This document shows positions 1 through 8,934 of a stretch of DNA of 64,000 nt, one piece after another. The notes beneath the pieces are model-generated. The model worked only from the letters and a program-made list of their open reading frames with translations. It did not search any database and had not been told where the DNA came from. Location: NCBI GenBank assembly GCA_947311565.1, contig CAMZLH010000012.1, forward strand, positions 3,173 through 67,172. The letters run 5' to 3'. The DNA is from an uncultured Nitratifractor sp. GTDB taxonomy: Bacteria > Campylobacterota > Campylobacteria > Campylobacterales > Sulfurovaceae. Every line of letters begins with the position of its first letter. Positions within the stretch are counted from its first letter, which is position 1. The translations under genes were made by a program, and so were the position numbers.

Positions 1-78
1 CAAGCTTTAGCTTCGGCAAATATTATGTGTGATTTAGATGAAAGTTTAGGTCTGCCTACAGTTGCATATGTCCCTTAA
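1..78 (+). CDS. 3' end of an unidentified upstream gene (partial, runs off the window start)
   Basis: Frame 1 is open from base 1 to a TAA at 76-78 (..QALASANIMCDLDESLGLPTVAYVP*). It is too short to identify. Confidence 0.3.
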   Translation, partial: QALASANIMCDLDESLGLPTVAYVP

Positions 79-748
79 AATAGTAGATGGTGCAATCTTT
101 ATTGCTGATGTACACTATCCTAATCACTCTAAAGAGTTTATATATTTTCTAGAGGATATTTTATCATCAAAAATAGATACTAAACAGCTATTTTTGATGG
201 GTGATATATTTGATCTTTTAGTAGGAGAGAATAAATTTTTAATAGAGTATAACTCTAAAGCTATAGATCTAATTAATAAAATATCACAAATAGTAGATGT
301 TATATATCTAGAGGGTAATCACGATTTTAACATATGTAGACTATTTAAAGATGTAAAAGTTTTCAAAATAGAACAACAACCATCAACTTTTAAAGCTAAT
401 GGTAAAACCATTTCTATTGCTCATGGAGATATATCTGTTGCAGATTTTAAATATAAACTTTACTCTAAAATTATTAGAAATAGATTCCTATTAAAGCTTA
501 TACCCACATCTTATGCTAAAAGTAAATTAAAAAAATTATCAAAGAAAAATATATGTAAAAAGATAGATAATTTTAAAGAGATTGCTAAAAAGATAATCGA
601 TAAAAGAGATAGTGATTTAATAATTGAGGGTCATTTTCATCAAGGTGTTATAATTAATAGCTATATCTCGTTGCCATCATTTGCATGTACTTTAGAGTAT
701 GGTATATATAGAAGTGGCACTGTTAATTTTAAAAAATATATCTATTAG
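68..748 (+). CDS. lpxH: UDP-2,3-diacylglucosamine diphosphatase-like metallophosphoesterase (LpxH-like)
   Basis: Calcineurin-like phosphoesterase motifs appear in order: ADVHY, GDIFDLL, EGNHDF, AHGD, GHFHQG. Length is about 226 aa. I prefer the ATG at 68 over the TTG at 62 given in the ORF track. Confidence 0.6.
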   Translation: MSLKIVDGAIFIADVHYPNHSKEFIYFLEDILSSKIDTKQLFLMGDIFDLLVGENKFLIEYNSKAIDLINKISQIVDVIYLEGNHDFNICRLFKDVKVFKIEQQPSTFKANGKTISIAHGDISVADFKYKLYSKIIRNRFLLKLIPTSYAKSKLKKLSKKNICKKIDNFKEIAKKIIDKRDSDLIIEGHFHQGVIINSYISLPSFACTLEYGIYRSGTVNFKKYIY

Positions 749-853
749 TTATTATACTCTAAAGTGCTTTTGACTTTTATATAGTTTATAATTATTACTT
801 CTCCCTTATCAAAAGTATCAATAGTTATATAGAGGGAGATAGAAAAATTATTA

Positions 854-883
854 AACCAACTCTTGAAAGAATATGAGTTGGTT
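854..883. terminator. 9-bp stem hairpin between the convergent lpxH and lysS genes (candidate bidirectional terminator)
   Basis: aaccaactc (854-862) pairs with gagttggtt (875-883) across a 12-nt loop. It sits in the 157-bp convergent gap. There is no strong U-tract. Confidence 0.4.
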
Positions 884-905
884 AGTCTCTAGTATGGTTT
901 AAATA

Positions 906-2543
906 TTATTTATTGCTAGATCTTTTTTTACACTCTGATACATCTATACAGAAATACCCTTTACCTTTTTTAGCTGGTTTTAACTCTTCTTCATTTGTAT
1001 TACCACATTTTTTACAAGATTTTGTATCTTTTGTCTCACTAGATTGTTCTATAGCAGCTTCTGGTTTCATTGCAGGGAATAGAAGTATATCTCTAATAGA
1101 GTGTTGATTTGTTAGCATCATTACTAATCTATCTATTCCTATTCCTTGTCCAGCAGTTGGTGGCATTGCGTACGAAAGGGCTCTAACAAAGTCTAAATCC
1201 ATATGCATTGCTTCATCATCACTATCTTTTTGTGCAACTTGGGCTTTGAATCTATTTAGTTGGTCTATTGGGTCATTTAATTCATTAAAGCCGTTTGCAA
1301 TCTCTCTACCTGCTATAAAAAATTCGAATCTATCTGTAATTTCTGGATCTTCATCATTTCTTCTTGCTAGAGGGCTAATATCTACAGGATAGTGAGTTAA
1401 GAATGTTGGGTTTATTAACTCTTTTTCTATAAAGTTATCAAAAATCTCCTCTTGTAGCTTACCTATACTTAAGTTTTTATCTACCTCTATTTTATTAGAT
1501 ATTAAAAACTCTATAATTTTTTCTTTATCTCTTAAATCTTCTCTTGGAAGCCCTGCTATCTCTACAATTGCATCTTCCCATTTTACTCTTTTAAATGGTG
1601 TACTAAAGTCTATCTCTAAATCTCCATAATTCATTGTAGAATTAAGGTTTAACTCTGTAAAAAGTTTATCAAATAGTTTTTCAGTAAAATCCATTAAATC
1701 TTCGTATGTATGGTATGCCCAGTAGAACTCTAGCATTGTGAACTCAGGATTATGGGTATGGTCCATTCCTTCGTTTCTAAAGTTTCTATTGATTTCAAAT
1801 ACGGCATCCATACCACCTACAACTAATCTTTTAAGGTATAGTTCTGGTGCAACTCTTAAGTATCTATCTACACTTAGTGCATTGAAGTGAGTTATAAATG
1901 GTCTTGCATTAGCACCACCAGGTATTGGGTGCATCATAGGTGTTTCTACTTCTAAGAAGCCATTATCTTCGAAGAATCTTCTAATTATTCTTACAATTTT
2001 AGAGCGAAGTTTAAATAGGTTTTTAACTTCTGGATTTACAATCATATCTAGGTATCTTTGACGATATCTTATCTCTTGATCTTGTAAACCATGAAATTTT
2101 TCTGGTAGTGGACTAATAGCTTTTGTAACAATTTTAATATCTTTACAGTGTAGGGTTAACTCTCCTGTTTGAGTTATAAATGGGTGTCCTGTTGCCTGTA
2201 CTATATCGCCAACTTCAAATAACTTTTTAACTACAGAGTTGTAGTAGCCTTCTGGTAGCTCATCTCTATTGTAGTAAATTTGTATAAGTCCATCTTCATC
2301 TTCTACCTTTGCAAAGGCAGCTTTACCCATAACTCTTACAAATTTAATTCTACCAGTTAGCGTAACTTCTTGAGTTCTATCCTCTTTTACCTCTGCATCT
2401 AAGTTCTTTAGTGTCTCAAACTGTTCTAAAAATTTTTTTGAACTTATACCTTTTTTAATATTTTGAGGGTAGGGGTTAATACCACTCTCTCTTAGTGCAT
2501 CTGCTTTTTTAATTCTCTCTTGAATATACTGGTTGTTAAACAT
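906..2543 (-). CDS. lysS: Lysine--tRNA ligase (class II) with an extra C-terminal Cys4 tail of about 50 aa
   Basis: Full-length class II LysRS pattern: an OB-fold N-domain, class II motifs (FRNEG, ELNDP.., GIGIDRL) and a canonical ..LLFPAMKPE end, followed by an extension containing CKKCG..GKGYFCIDVSEC. Confidence 0.93.
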   Translation of the reverse strand: MFNNQYIQERIKKADALRESGINPYPQNIKKGISSKKFLEQFETLKNLDAEVKEDRTQEVTLTGRIKFVRVMGKAAFAKVEDEDGLIQIYYNRDELPEGYYNSVVKKLFEVGDIVQATGHPFITQTGELTLHCKDIKIVTKAISPLPEKFHGLQDQEIRYRQRYLDMIVNPEVKNLFKLRSKIVRIIRRFFEDNGFLEVETPMMHPIPGGANARPFITHFNALSVDRYLRVAPELYLKRLVVGGMDAVFEINRNFRNEGMDHTHNPEFTMLEFYWAYHTYEDLMDFTEKLFDKLFTELNLNSTMNYGDLEIDFSTPFKRVKWEDAIVEIAGLPREDLRDKEKIIEFLISNKIEVDKNLSIGKLQEEIFDNFIEKELINPTFLTHYPVDISPLARRNDEDPEITDRFEFFIAGREIANGFNELNDPIDQLNRFKAQVAQKDSDDEAMHMDLDFVRALSYAMPPTAGQGIGIDRLVMMLTNQHSIRDILLFPAMKPEAAIEQSSETKDTKSCKKCGNTNEEELKPAKKGKGYFCIDVSECKKRSSNK

Positions 2544-3001
2544 TAATTTTTATTCTCCTTAATTTTATAGCATATTTCACAGTAACCAACTATTTTCATA
2601 GAGTGATTAACCATGTAGAAGTTGTTTTTTTGGGCAACTATCTCTTGCTGTTTTTCGATTGTTTCATCAATAAATTCGATAATTTTACCACAACTTATGC
2701 AAATTAGATGGTCGTGATGGCTTTTATGACCAATTTCATACTTTTTCCCATCTTTACCAAAAGATATTGATTCTACTAATCTCTCCTCTTCAAATAGAGC
2801 AAGAGTTCTATATATTGTAGCAATTCCAATATTCTCCTCTGGAAAATCCCCTTTTAATAGAAGTAAAATCTCTTCTGGTGTGTGGTGCTCACTATTATTG
2901 TAGAGAGTTTTCAATATTATCTCTCTTTGTTTAGTGAACTTTAAATTGTTACTTTTTAGCACTCTTTTAAGTTCATCTAAAAGTAAATTATACTCTATCA
3001 T
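2543..3001 (-). CDS. Fur-family metalloregulator (Fur/PerR/Zur type)
   Basis: Winged-helix N-terminus (FTKQREIIL), an HHDHLIC motif and CxxC pairs (CISCG, CEIC). Its stop shares one nucleotide with the lysS ATG (TAATG). Confidence 0.85.
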   Translation of the reverse strand: MIEYNLLLDELKRVLKSNNLKFTKQREIILKTLYNNSEHHTPEEILLLLKGDFPEENIGIATIYRTLALFEEERLVESISFGKDGKKYEIGHKSHHDHLICISCGKIIEFIDETIEKQQEIVAQKNNFYMVNHSMKIVGYCEICYKIKENKN

Positions 3002-3016
3002 TATTTTCTATCTAAA

Positions 3017-3703
3017 TTAATTAGTACTATTATCTTCATCTATACTCTTATTTGTATCTATACTCTCATGTTTACTAGATTCGATATTAGATTTTTCATC
3101 TTTTGTATCGCTATTTGTTAAAGAGTCATTAGTATCGTTTATATCTACACTTTTAGATGACTCTTTTGTGCTGTTACTCTCTACTATATTATTACTCTCG
3201 CTGAATGTAGATGGGGCATTAAGTATAGATGCACCTGTTTGTGTTAGTAGTTTATATAGTTTACTACTATTTAGAGTATCTTCAAATTTTTTAGTAACTT
3301 GCGGTTTTGATGATAATCCGTATGTAATTAGTGAGAAGACAAAGAATAGTGTTATCATTTTAATTAACATACCAGCTAATCTACTTGTTGCAGATAGTTC
3401 GTCATCTAATAGTAAATTTGAAATTAGCTTGTAGATAAACTTAACAATAAAAAATATTGAGACAAATATCACTATAGTTGCTATTAGATCTAACAGTGGT
3501 GTAGATAAATCTAAATTAAAACTCTCTTTTGCATATTGCGATAGAGTGCTTTTATATAGCGTAGCTATAAATATAGCACCAATTAATGCAATAGTGTTAA
3601 AAAGCTCCTTAACAAAACCACTTATTAAACCTTTTATAGATAATAGAATTATTAATCCTATTACGATACCATCAAACATATTTATGTTTAGTAAATTATC
3701 CAT
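3017..3703 (-). CDS. cvpA: CvpA-family membrane protein with a Ser/Asp/Asn-rich C-terminal tail
   Basis: N-terminal NxxDxxxxxxxxxSxxxGxxxGFxxE-like pattern (MFDGIVIGLIILLSIKGLISGFVKELF) and four predicted TM helices. Confidence 0.7.
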   Translation of the reverse strand: MDNLLNINMFDGIVIGLIILLSIKGLISGFVKELFNTIALIGAIFIATLYKSTLSQYAKESFNLDLSTPLLDLIATIVIFVSIFFIVKFIYKLISNLLLDDELSATSRLAGMLIKMITLFFVFSLITYGLSSKPQVTKKFEDTLNSSKLYKLLTQTGASILNAPSTFSESNNIVESNSTKESSKSVDINDTNDSLTNSDTKDEKSNIESSKHESIDTNKSIDEDNSTN

Positions 3704-3712
3704 CTTTTCTCC

Positions 3713-4780
3713 TTAGCTTATTTGCAACTCTCTTTTAAGTTGCTCTGTATAAAATGCATAGTTAATTGCATCTGATAGCTCTATTATACCATCTTTTACT
3801 AATTTAACTAAATTTTTTGTTTGAGTTTGCATATGACTATCACTTTGACCTATCTGCATTGTAGAGTAGATTTGGTGTACTTTATTCTCTCTAATTAAGT
3901 TAGCTATTGCGTCGTTATTAGACATAATCTCCCAAGCAGCAACTCTACCACCACCAATTCTAGGTATTAAAGTTTGTGATATTACAGCTTTTAGTGAACT
4001 AGATAGCATTGCTCTAATTTGATTCTGTTCGGCAGCATTGAAACTATCAATAATACGGTTGATACTTTTTGGTGCAGAGTTTGTATGTAGTGTTCCAAAA
4101 ACTAAGTGTCCAGTCTCTGCAGCAGTTAAGGCTGCTGCAATTGTTTCTGAGTCTCTCATCTCTCCAATTAGTATAACATCTGGATCTTGCCTTAGTACAT
4201 ACTTTAATCCACTTTTAAAATCTTCTGTATCTCTCTCTACCTCTCTATGTGATATTGTTGATTTTATAGGTTTATGAATAAACTCTACAGGGTCTTCGAT
4301 AGTAACTATATGTTTATCTTGATTCATATTGATTTCATTAATCATAGAGGCTAAAGTAGTTGATTTACCTGAACCTGTTGGACCAGTTACTAATACTAAT
4401 CCACGATGTAATTTAGTTAAATTTTTGAAAAACTCTGGCGCATTTAAATCTTTTAATAGTGGTATTTTAGTAGGAATAATTCTAAATGCAGCAGCTATTC
4501 CACCTAAAGTTTTATATATATTAAAACGAAATCTAGCATCTTCATTATAAGCGAACATTCCATCTACTTCACCTTGAATATCTAATCTTTTTATCTGTTT
4601 GTCGCTTAGAATAGGATAGCATAACTCTTTTGTATCGTTATTAGTAAGCTTTGGATAGTTAAGCTTTTTTAACCCACCATCAATTCTTAGTGATGGGTGA
4701 TCATTTATATTTAGATGCAAATCAGAGGCTTTTGTACTTAAAAGAGCCTCTATTAGTGGCGCAATTTTTAATTCATTCAT
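3713..4780 (-). CDS. pilT: Type IV pilus retraction ATPase, PilT family
   Basis: Walker A GPTGSGKST, Walker B/Asp box DPDVILIGEMRD, His box GHLVFGTLHT and the AIANLIRE motif typical of PilT. Length is 355 aa. Confidence 0.85.
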   Translation of the reverse strand: MNELKIAPLIEALLSTKASDLHLNINDHPSLRIDGGLKKLNYPKLTNNDTKELCYPILSDKQIKRLDIQGEVDGMFAYNEDARFRFNIYKTLGGIAAAFRIIPTKIPLLKDLNAPEFFKNLTKLHRGLVLVTGPTGSGKSTTLASMINEINMNQDKHIVTIEDPVEFIHKPIKSTISHREVERDTEDFKSGLKYVLRQDPDVILIGEMRDSETIAAALTAAETGHLVFGTLHTNSAPKSINRIIDSFNAAEQNQIRAMLSSSLKAVISQTLIPRIGGGRVAAWEIMSNNDAIANLIRENKVHQIYSTMQIGQSDSHMQTQTKNLVKLVKDGIIELSDAINYAFYTEQLKRELQIS

Positions 4781-4785
4781 AATTA

Positions 4786-5076
4786 TTACTCTATTATTGC
4801 TGGTACAATAAATAGATTCTCTATACTATGTGGTGAGTTACCAATTATACTTTGAGAGATATCTGTAGAGATTGTAGGAGTATCTTCTCTAAGTGGTGTT
4901 CCGCCAGTTAGTGTAGAAAAATGGCTATCTATATTAGATGTATCTAGCTCGCTTAGACTATCTACATAATCTACAATATCTGATAGCTGAGACACCATCT
5001 CTTCTCTCTTGCTCTCATCTATTGTAAGATGTGACAACTTCTCTAACTTTTTAAGTAAAGTAATATCTATTTTCAC
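4786..5076 (-). CDS. gatC: Asp-tRNA(Asn)/Glu-tRNA(Gln) amidotransferase subunit C
   Basis: 96 aa. The pattern KLxxLSHLxIxExxxEExxxxLxxIVDYVxxLxELDTS is typical of GatC. Confidence 0.8.
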   Translation of the reverse strand: MKIDITLLKKLEKLSHLTIDESKREEMVSQLSDIVDYVDSLSELDTSNIDSHFSTLTGGTPLREDTPTISTDISQSIIGNSPHSIENLFIVPAIIE

Positions 5077-5184
5077 TATATTACACCTTTTAATATATTT
5101 TTTATAGATTATATTAAAAAAGGGTTTAAAGCTTTTAGTGTTATGTTATAATTCTCTATAAAATAGTAAAAAAAGGATTAATAT

Positions 5185-5529
5185 ATGCAACAATTAGATA
5201 TGAATTCAGAAGAATTTTTAGAAGAGTTAGAGAAGACTAAAAAATTTACAGATAAAGTTTGTAATAATTTTGGATGGGTTTACCACCCAATGGATGATGT
5301 TAATGAAGGTGTTACAATGGGTCTTGCTAGAAACAAGATGCTTTATGGTAAAAGATATTGTCCATGTTTTATGGTAGTAGAGGAGGAGGGTAAATTTAAG
5401 AGTGCTGATAATAGAGTATGTCCATGTAAACCAGCAATCGAAAAAGAGATACCTGAAGAGGGTAAGTGCCACTGTGGAATCTTTTGTACTCCAGAGTATG
5501 TAGAAGAGTATAATAAAGAGAATAACTAG
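5185..5529 (+). CDS. Ferredoxin:thioredoxin reductase catalytic-subunit-like protein
   Basis: CPC..(16)..CPC..(13)..CHC cysteine arrangement (RYCPCF, RVCPCKP, KCHCGIFC) in a 114-aa protein. Confidence 0.65.
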   Translation: MQQLDMNSEEFLEELEKTKKFTDKVCNNFGWVYHPMDDVNEGVTMGLARNKMLYGKRYCPCFMVVEEEGKFKSADNRVCPCKPAIEKEIPEEGKCHCGIFCTPEYVEEYNKENN

Positions 5530-5536
5530 GATTAAT

Positions 5537-6643
5537 ATGACAGAGGTTACAGATGTTGTTGATCTATTTATAAAGCTATTGAGTGCTAAGTCTATTACTC
5601 CAGATGACGCTGGATTAATGGAATTTATAGAGAGCTACTTAGATAATTTTGAAGCAACAAGAATAGATAAAAATGGTGTAAAAAATCTATTTTTAACAAA
5701 AAAATTTGATGATGGAGAGCATTTATGTTTTGCAGGGCATGTCGATGTTGTGCCAGAGGGTGATGGCTGGAGTAGCAGTGCTTTTGTACCTAAGATACAT
5801 AATGGAAAAATATATGCAAGAGGGGCACAAGATATGAAGAGTGGCTTAGCAGCTTTTCTTTATGCTTCTAAAAATATAGATAAGTTTAATGGAAGAGTTT
5901 CTATTCTATTAACATCTGATGAAGAGGGTGATGCTCACTTTGGAACAAAGATAGTTTTAGAATACTTAAAAGAGATTAACCTACTGCCAGATTATGCAAT
6001 TGTTGCAGAGCCAACTTGCGAAAATATATTTGGTGATGCAATAAAAATAGGGAGGAGAGGCTCTAATAATGGTATTGTAAAACTTTTTGGTAAGCAAGGA
6101 CATGCAGCATACCCTGCTAAATCAAAAAATGTAATTAATTTAGTATCTACAATACTACCTAAAATAGCAGGTAAAAACTTAGATAATGGTGATGAATTTT
6201 TTGAGCCAAGTCAGTTTGTAATTACAGATATAAGAGCTGGTATGGAGGTTACTAATGTAACACCTGGGCTCTTAAAATTAATGTTTAATGTTAGAAACTC
6301 TACTGCAACTACACCAGATGATATAAAGAGTTTTGTCGATAAAAACTTTGAAGGTTTAGATTATGAGCTTGAGTTTAAACCTTCAGCAAAACCATTTATG
6401 ACAAACCCAGAGTCTAAAGTTGTTGAAGTTATGAGAAAGTCGATTAAAAAGGTATGTAAAATAGATACTAAACTATCTACTGCTGGTGGAACAAGTGATG
6501 CTAGATTTTTTGGAGAGTATGGTGTAGACACTGTAGAGTTTGGTGTTATAAATGATACGATACATGCACCAAATGAGAGAACATCTATATCTGAAGTAGA
6601 GGCTCTTAAAAATGTATTTAAAAGAGTACTTGAAGAGTTTTAA
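5537..6643 (+). CDS. dapE: Succinyl-diaminopimelate desuccinylase (M20 peptidase)
   Basis: M20 metal-ligand motifs: GHVDVVP, GAQDMKSG, SDEEG, EPT, and a C-terminal HAPNE. Length is 368 aa. Confidence 0.85.
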   Translation: MTEVTDVVDLFIKLLSAKSITPDDAGLMEFIESYLDNFEATRIDKNGVKNLFLTKKFDDGEHLCFAGHVDVVPEGDGWSSSAFVPKIHNGKIYARGAQDMKSGLAAFLYASKNIDKFNGRVSILLTSDEEGDAHFGTKIVLEYLKEINLLPDYAIVAEPTCENIFGDAIKIGRRGSNNGIVKLFGKQGHAAYPAKSKNVINLVSTILPKIAGKNLDNGDEFFEPSQFVITDIRAGMEVTNVTPGLLKLMFNVRNSTATTPDDIKSFVDKNFEGLDYELEFKPSAKPFMTNPESKVVEVMRKSIKKVCKIDTKLSTAGGTSDARFFGEYGVDTVEFGVINDTIHAPNERTSISEVEALKNVFKRVLEEF

Positions 6644-7039
6644 TTGAATCTTCAAGAGTTAATTTTAGCTACATTTTTAGTAGAGGCTTTAGAGGCAGCA
6701 CTACAATATAGAGCAACGCTTAAAGAGTCTTTATTCATACTATATAGCTACTATAACAAAAGTAGTTTTCTTTTCTTTAGTACAAATATAGGGTATATAT
6801 GGTTAATTTATATAGCTTTATCTTATAATCAATTAAATTTTGCTATTATTCTAGCACTACTTTTAAAGAGTCTAGATATTATGACCAAGTTAATTTTAAT
6901 AGATAGACTCTTTGTAAAGCATGATATTGAATATATAGAAGAGCTTACGCCAATACTAAATAAGAAAGCACCATTTTGGTTCTATTTAGTAGGAGTATTT
7001 ACATATCCATATATTATATATATTGCATTTTTAAATTAA
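6644..7039 (+). CDS. Hypothetical small membrane protein
   Basis: The TTG start directly abuts the dapE stop. There are 3-4 hydrophobic segments and no recognisable motif. Confidence 0.4.
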   Translation: MNLQELILATFLVEALEAALQYRATLKESLFILYSYYNKSSFLFFSTNIGYIWLIYIALSYNQLNFAIILALLLKSLDIMTKLILIDRLFVKHDIEYIEELTPILNKKAPFWFYLVGVFTYPYIIYIAFLN

Positions 7040-7048
7040 AGGATTTAC

Positions 7049-7711
7049 TTGGAGTTAGTAATAGGCAATAGCCCTCTTCTAGAGGCTAATGGAATATCTA
7101 AAAGTTTTGATTATCAGCTATTTCAGGATTTATCAATTAGATTATACTCTAAGCAGAGTGTATCTGTAATGGGTAGAAGTGGTACTGGCAAGTCTACACT
7201 TCTACATATTCTCTCTACACTTCTTAAACCAGATAGTGGAAGTGTTAAAATTTTAGATAAAGATATATATAATTTAAGTAGTGCAGAGATTGAGCGTATT
7301 AGAAGAGATAATATTGGAATTATATTTCAATCTCACTATCTATTTAAAGGGATGAGTGTACTTGAGAATATAGAATCTGCTACTCTTTTGTCTAATACAG
7401 ATATAGATAGAGAACTTTTCAAAATGTTAGAGATAGAAGATATTATTAATAAAAAAGTAGGAGATATATCTGGAGGGCAACAGCAAAGGGTATCTATAGC
7501 TAGGGTTTTAAGTAAAAAACCCAAAATAATATTTGCAGATGAACCAACAGGTAATTTAGATAGAGCTACAGCAGATTTAGTTATGGAGGCATTAAACAAC
7601 TATATTATAGATAATAAAGCCGCACTATTTTTAGTTACACATGACGATGAGATTGCAAATAAGACACAAAAACTATATCAACTAGAGAGTAAAAAATTAA
7701 ATATAAGATAA
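7049..7711 (+). CDS. ABC transporter ATP-binding protein (LolD/FtsE-like size class)
   Basis: Walker A GRSGTGKST, ABC signature ISGGQQQRVSIAR, Walker B IIFADEPT and an H-loop THD. Confidence 0.85.
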   Translation: MELVIGNSPLLEANGISKSFDYQLFQDLSIRLYSKQSVSVMGRSGTGKSTLLHILSTLLKPDSGSVKILDKDIYNLSSAEIERIRRDNIGIIFQSHYLFKGMSVLENIESATLLSNTDIDRELFKMLEIEDIINKKVGDISGGQQQRVSIARVLSKKPKIIFADEPTGNLDRATADLVMEALNNYIIDNKAALFLVTHDDEIANKTQKLYQLESKKLNIR

Positions 7712-7841
7712 ATTTTTTTATTATATGATATAATATTAAACTTAGTTTATAGAGTGGATATGAATATAAAGTGTTAGATAAAATGAGCGCTTATCCATAA
7801 TATTATTAAAAATTAGGTAAACATTTAGAGAAGGTGTAATT

Positions 7842-8393
7842 ATGAAAAAATCAGTATTTTATCTCTTAACTATTCTAGAGATTTTTTTGTTCACTGGGTG
7901 TATGTCGATTAATAATCCTTTTCCTATTAATCAATCTAGTGAGGTCAAAGTAGGATATTTATCTATTAAAAGTATAAATATGAACTTATCTCAGCAGATG
8001 CCAAATAGTAAAAGAGTTGGTAGAAATGAGACAAATATTGTATCTATAACTCTCTTTCCTAGCAAAGATAGTAAACATCTAGTAGTAGAGTTAGAGTTAA
8101 TATTTAAAAGTTTTGAGATACCAGAAGGATTACCTGCTATAGCAAGAACTAAAGCATTGTTAGATTATAATAGTAAGAGTAGAGAGTTTAAATTGAGTAA
8201 AATTATGCCTATAGAGGTTAGATATTTAAGAGAATCTCTACTAGAGTATATTACACCTAAGCAGAAGAAGTTAATATCTAGAATGTTAACTCAACAGTTA
8301 AATAGCTTTGCAATACATAAATCTAAAAAATCATTAGGTACTATAAAAGAGTATAGTATAAAAGATGACACTATAAAGTTTATTTTTAATTAA
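7842..8393 (+). CDS. Hypothetical lipoprotein
   Basis: Signal peptide with lipobox LFTGC. No recognisable domain. Confidence 0.5.
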   Translation: MKKSVFYLLTILEIFLFTGCMSINNPFPINQSSEVKVGYLSIKSINMNLSQQMPNSKRVGRNETNIVSITLFPSKDSKHLVVELELIFKSFEIPEGLPAIARTKALLDYNSKSREFKLSKIMPIEVRYLRESLLEYITPKQKKLISRMLTQQLNSFAIHKSKKSLGTIKEYSIKDDTIKFIFN

Positions 8394-8482
8394 AGTTAAA
8401 ATATTAACCTGAGTTCGACGCTGTATCATAGTTATAGCTTTATAAGGTTAATTTTTGGCTAAATTAAATTTTTGAATTACCT

Positions 8483-8625
8483 GTGGGGAGTCCCAATGGC
8501 GTTAAGTTAAGCATTTTTATCTAATTTTATAAATTATTTTCAGATATTAAAGTCCCTACGTTAGGACAGGTTATATTTAGAAAAATTTATTATTTCCTTA
8601 ACTTAACGTCATTGGTGGGTAGTCC
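8483..8625. repeat. MITE-like element: 18-bp terminal inverted repeats (17/18 match) enclosing about 85 bp, flanked by an 11-bp direct repeat (10/11 match)
   Basis: Left half is gtggggagtcc|caatggcgttaagttaag (8483-8511). Right half is cttaacttaacgtcattg|gtgggtagtcc (8597-8625). Confidence 0.45.
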
Positions 8626-8934
8626 TATAAATTTGATATAAAAAATTTTAGCTCATTTTGACTTCTGTGGCTATTAGCTTATCCTTTGTGTTAAGCTAAT
8701 TTAAACATCATAAACTCTAATCTAACTACATATTTTATCAGAAAATATTATATTATCTAATTTAACTAGACAACTAGATATTTAAAACTATAAATTTTAA
8801 TATGCCTTCTATAGTATTTAGAAAATTTTCTATATTGAACTACTTATAATTAGAGTTAATAATAGTAATTTCATAACATTTTTATTAAAATTAGGATATA
8901 AATAGACTATTATTTTTAATTTTTAAGGAATTAC

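Noticed and set aside
8405-8440. gagttcgacg resembles the GGAUUCGACG segment near the 5' end of tmRNA.
   Set aside because: There is no GGGG 5' end, no tag-peptide reading frame ending in ..AA-stop, and no tRNA-like 3' T-arm/CCA context in the following 500 bp on either strand.
8400-8934. Possible riboswitch (ZTP/pfl or THF type) in the long glyA leader.
   Set aside because: By eye I could not find the conserved cores I recall for those classes (for example the GGGUCGUGAC..CCGGGC..CCGCCUGGGC type elements for ZTP). The region is very AT-rich. An Rfam covariance scan would be needed to exclude this formally.
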